Source: Takakia lepidozioides
Lineage: Eukaryota > Plantae > Bryophyta
DNA: 64,000 bases
Direction of reading: 5' to 3'
Assembly: GCA_030704615.1 (NCBI GenBank)
Contig: CM060731.1
Location: 27,404,001 to 27,468,000 of the forward strand
A model generated the notes under the pieces. That model saw only the letters and a program-made list of their open reading frames with translations, ran no database searches and had not been told where the DNA came from. The position numbers were made by a program, and so were the translations under genes. Below are positions 62,762 to 64,000 of the stretch, in pieces (position 1 is the stretch's first letter; every line of letters starts with the position of its first letter).

Positions 62762-64000
62762 ATGGAGCTCCGGTCCCGCAGTTGGATGCAAAGCCCCTCA
62801 TCAAGTCCAGCTGGTTTAGTGGCCTTGTCAGAGGTACCTGTTTTCCGGGGGCTCTGTCAGAGTTCGTTGGAATATTCACAAGCTAGTCGATGTGTGTGCG
62901 GACGAAACCATGGGGCTCGGGTTCGTTTTACTCCGAGAAAGGCGTGGCAAAGAGGGAATCAGGGGGAGACCTTACTCTCGCTGACTCCACCCCCCACTTC
63001 AAGGGCTGATTCTGCTCCGCAAGGTATGCACCTTGGACCTCTCTTCTTTACACGGAACTGCCAGGTCCGCTTAATTCGAGAGACAGCCGTCTGAACAAGT
63101 GGTTTGTCGTGTGAGATTCGGACAAATGTTCATAGAAATAGGAATTGAAGTTCCTACATGTATTTGTAGAGACACTGATGTGCTGCTTTTGAGCCAGAGG
63201 GAGCAATTTCGGGTAGGTGCTCAGAAGTCGTGGAGTTATGCCGATGCAGAAGATACAGTGGCTATGTTTTGATAGAACAGGAGTTTGTACGAGAAGAGAA
63301 TTGTTTATATATAGTCCGTGATACTTTTGTGTTTTGTTATATCGTTTCATTTCATTGGGCATATTTGTGAAGTTGTGTGCCGTATCTCGTGGCTGTGTGA
63401 AAAATGAAGTAGAAACGGGTCCATGGGAGGGGGAGGAGGAGGAGGAGGAGGCAAGGAACAACCAGCCATTTTTCCTGGGGAGTGATGAGGCTGAATTGCA
63501 TCAGGGTTTTATAGCTGATTCACTCCAAGTGGATGAACCTCTGGGGGACACCCGGTTTGGCATACATCACCCCAGGAAGAGCACAAAAATTGACATTAAT
63601 GTCCAAGAAGATTTATTTGTAAATTTTGGTAAGAATATTCATAAGTTGTTATCTTTCTTTTACCTGCTGGCACTCTTTCTTTTGGTCCATGTTTTTGGAA
63701 GCCCGTCCCCATAGAAAGCAGTAGCCTTGTGTACTCCAGCTTCGGCCAGAGTCTTCTCTCTTGCTGAAATCGTGACTGCTTGTTTTCTTCATGTAATCTG
63801 TCCTGGCAGTTTGCAATCAGTATATTCTATGTCAATGAAACTTTTGTCTTGCAATTGTTTCAACCTTGGTATGTGTCTTTGCTTGGCAATCGTCTACCTG
63901 AAGGAAGGGTCTACCCTGAGCTATCTTATGCTCTGCATTCTTTGCATTTTGTCAAATGCAGACAATGAGGGGGTTGCCAGAATTCCTGGTGGACCAGGAC
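62762..64000 (+). CDS. 5' exons of an unidentified gene running off the window (possible exons 62762-63023, ~63413-63628, 63962-end)
   Basis: S/R/P-rich transit-peptide-like ORF ending at AAG|GTATGC, acidic exon ending TTG|GTAAG, and a phase-compatible exon after GCAG| (DNEGVARIPGGPG); no family recognised. Confidence 0.4.

Overview
Eukaryotic, intron-rich nuclear DNA from a land plant, most likely a non-seed plant such as a bryophyte (inferred from the Tcn1-type chromovirus, the Replitron remnant and a moss-type dispersed repeat). Host genes: a 14-exon condensin II subunit CAP-D3 (minus, 2166-11490), a 7-exon PMP22/Mpv17 peroxisomal membrane protein (plus, 19131-21558), an atypical intron-containing ZF-HD transcription factor (plus, 25727-29193), a 4-exon MSRA5-type methionine sulfoxide reductase (minus, 57699-61468) and the 5' part of an unidentified gene at the right edge. 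About 27 kb between ZF-HD and MSRA5 (29.7-57 kb) is a nested, rearranged transposon cluster. It contains CACTA remnants in a circularly permuted inverted arrangement, non-chromovirus Ty3/gypsy pieces (one with a ~1100-codon extra ORF; one with a palindrome array, an antisense ORF and a 4.7-kb microhomology-bounded inversion), a Tcn1-like chromovirus, an FCP1-phosphatase pseudogene and a Replitron (HUH endonuclease transposon) remnant interrupted by a TTAA-flanked piggyBac-type MITE. Other signals are an isolated ACINUS RSB-motif exon and a LINE family repeatedly found at (CT)n/(GA)n tracts. All calls were made by eye and no database searches were run.
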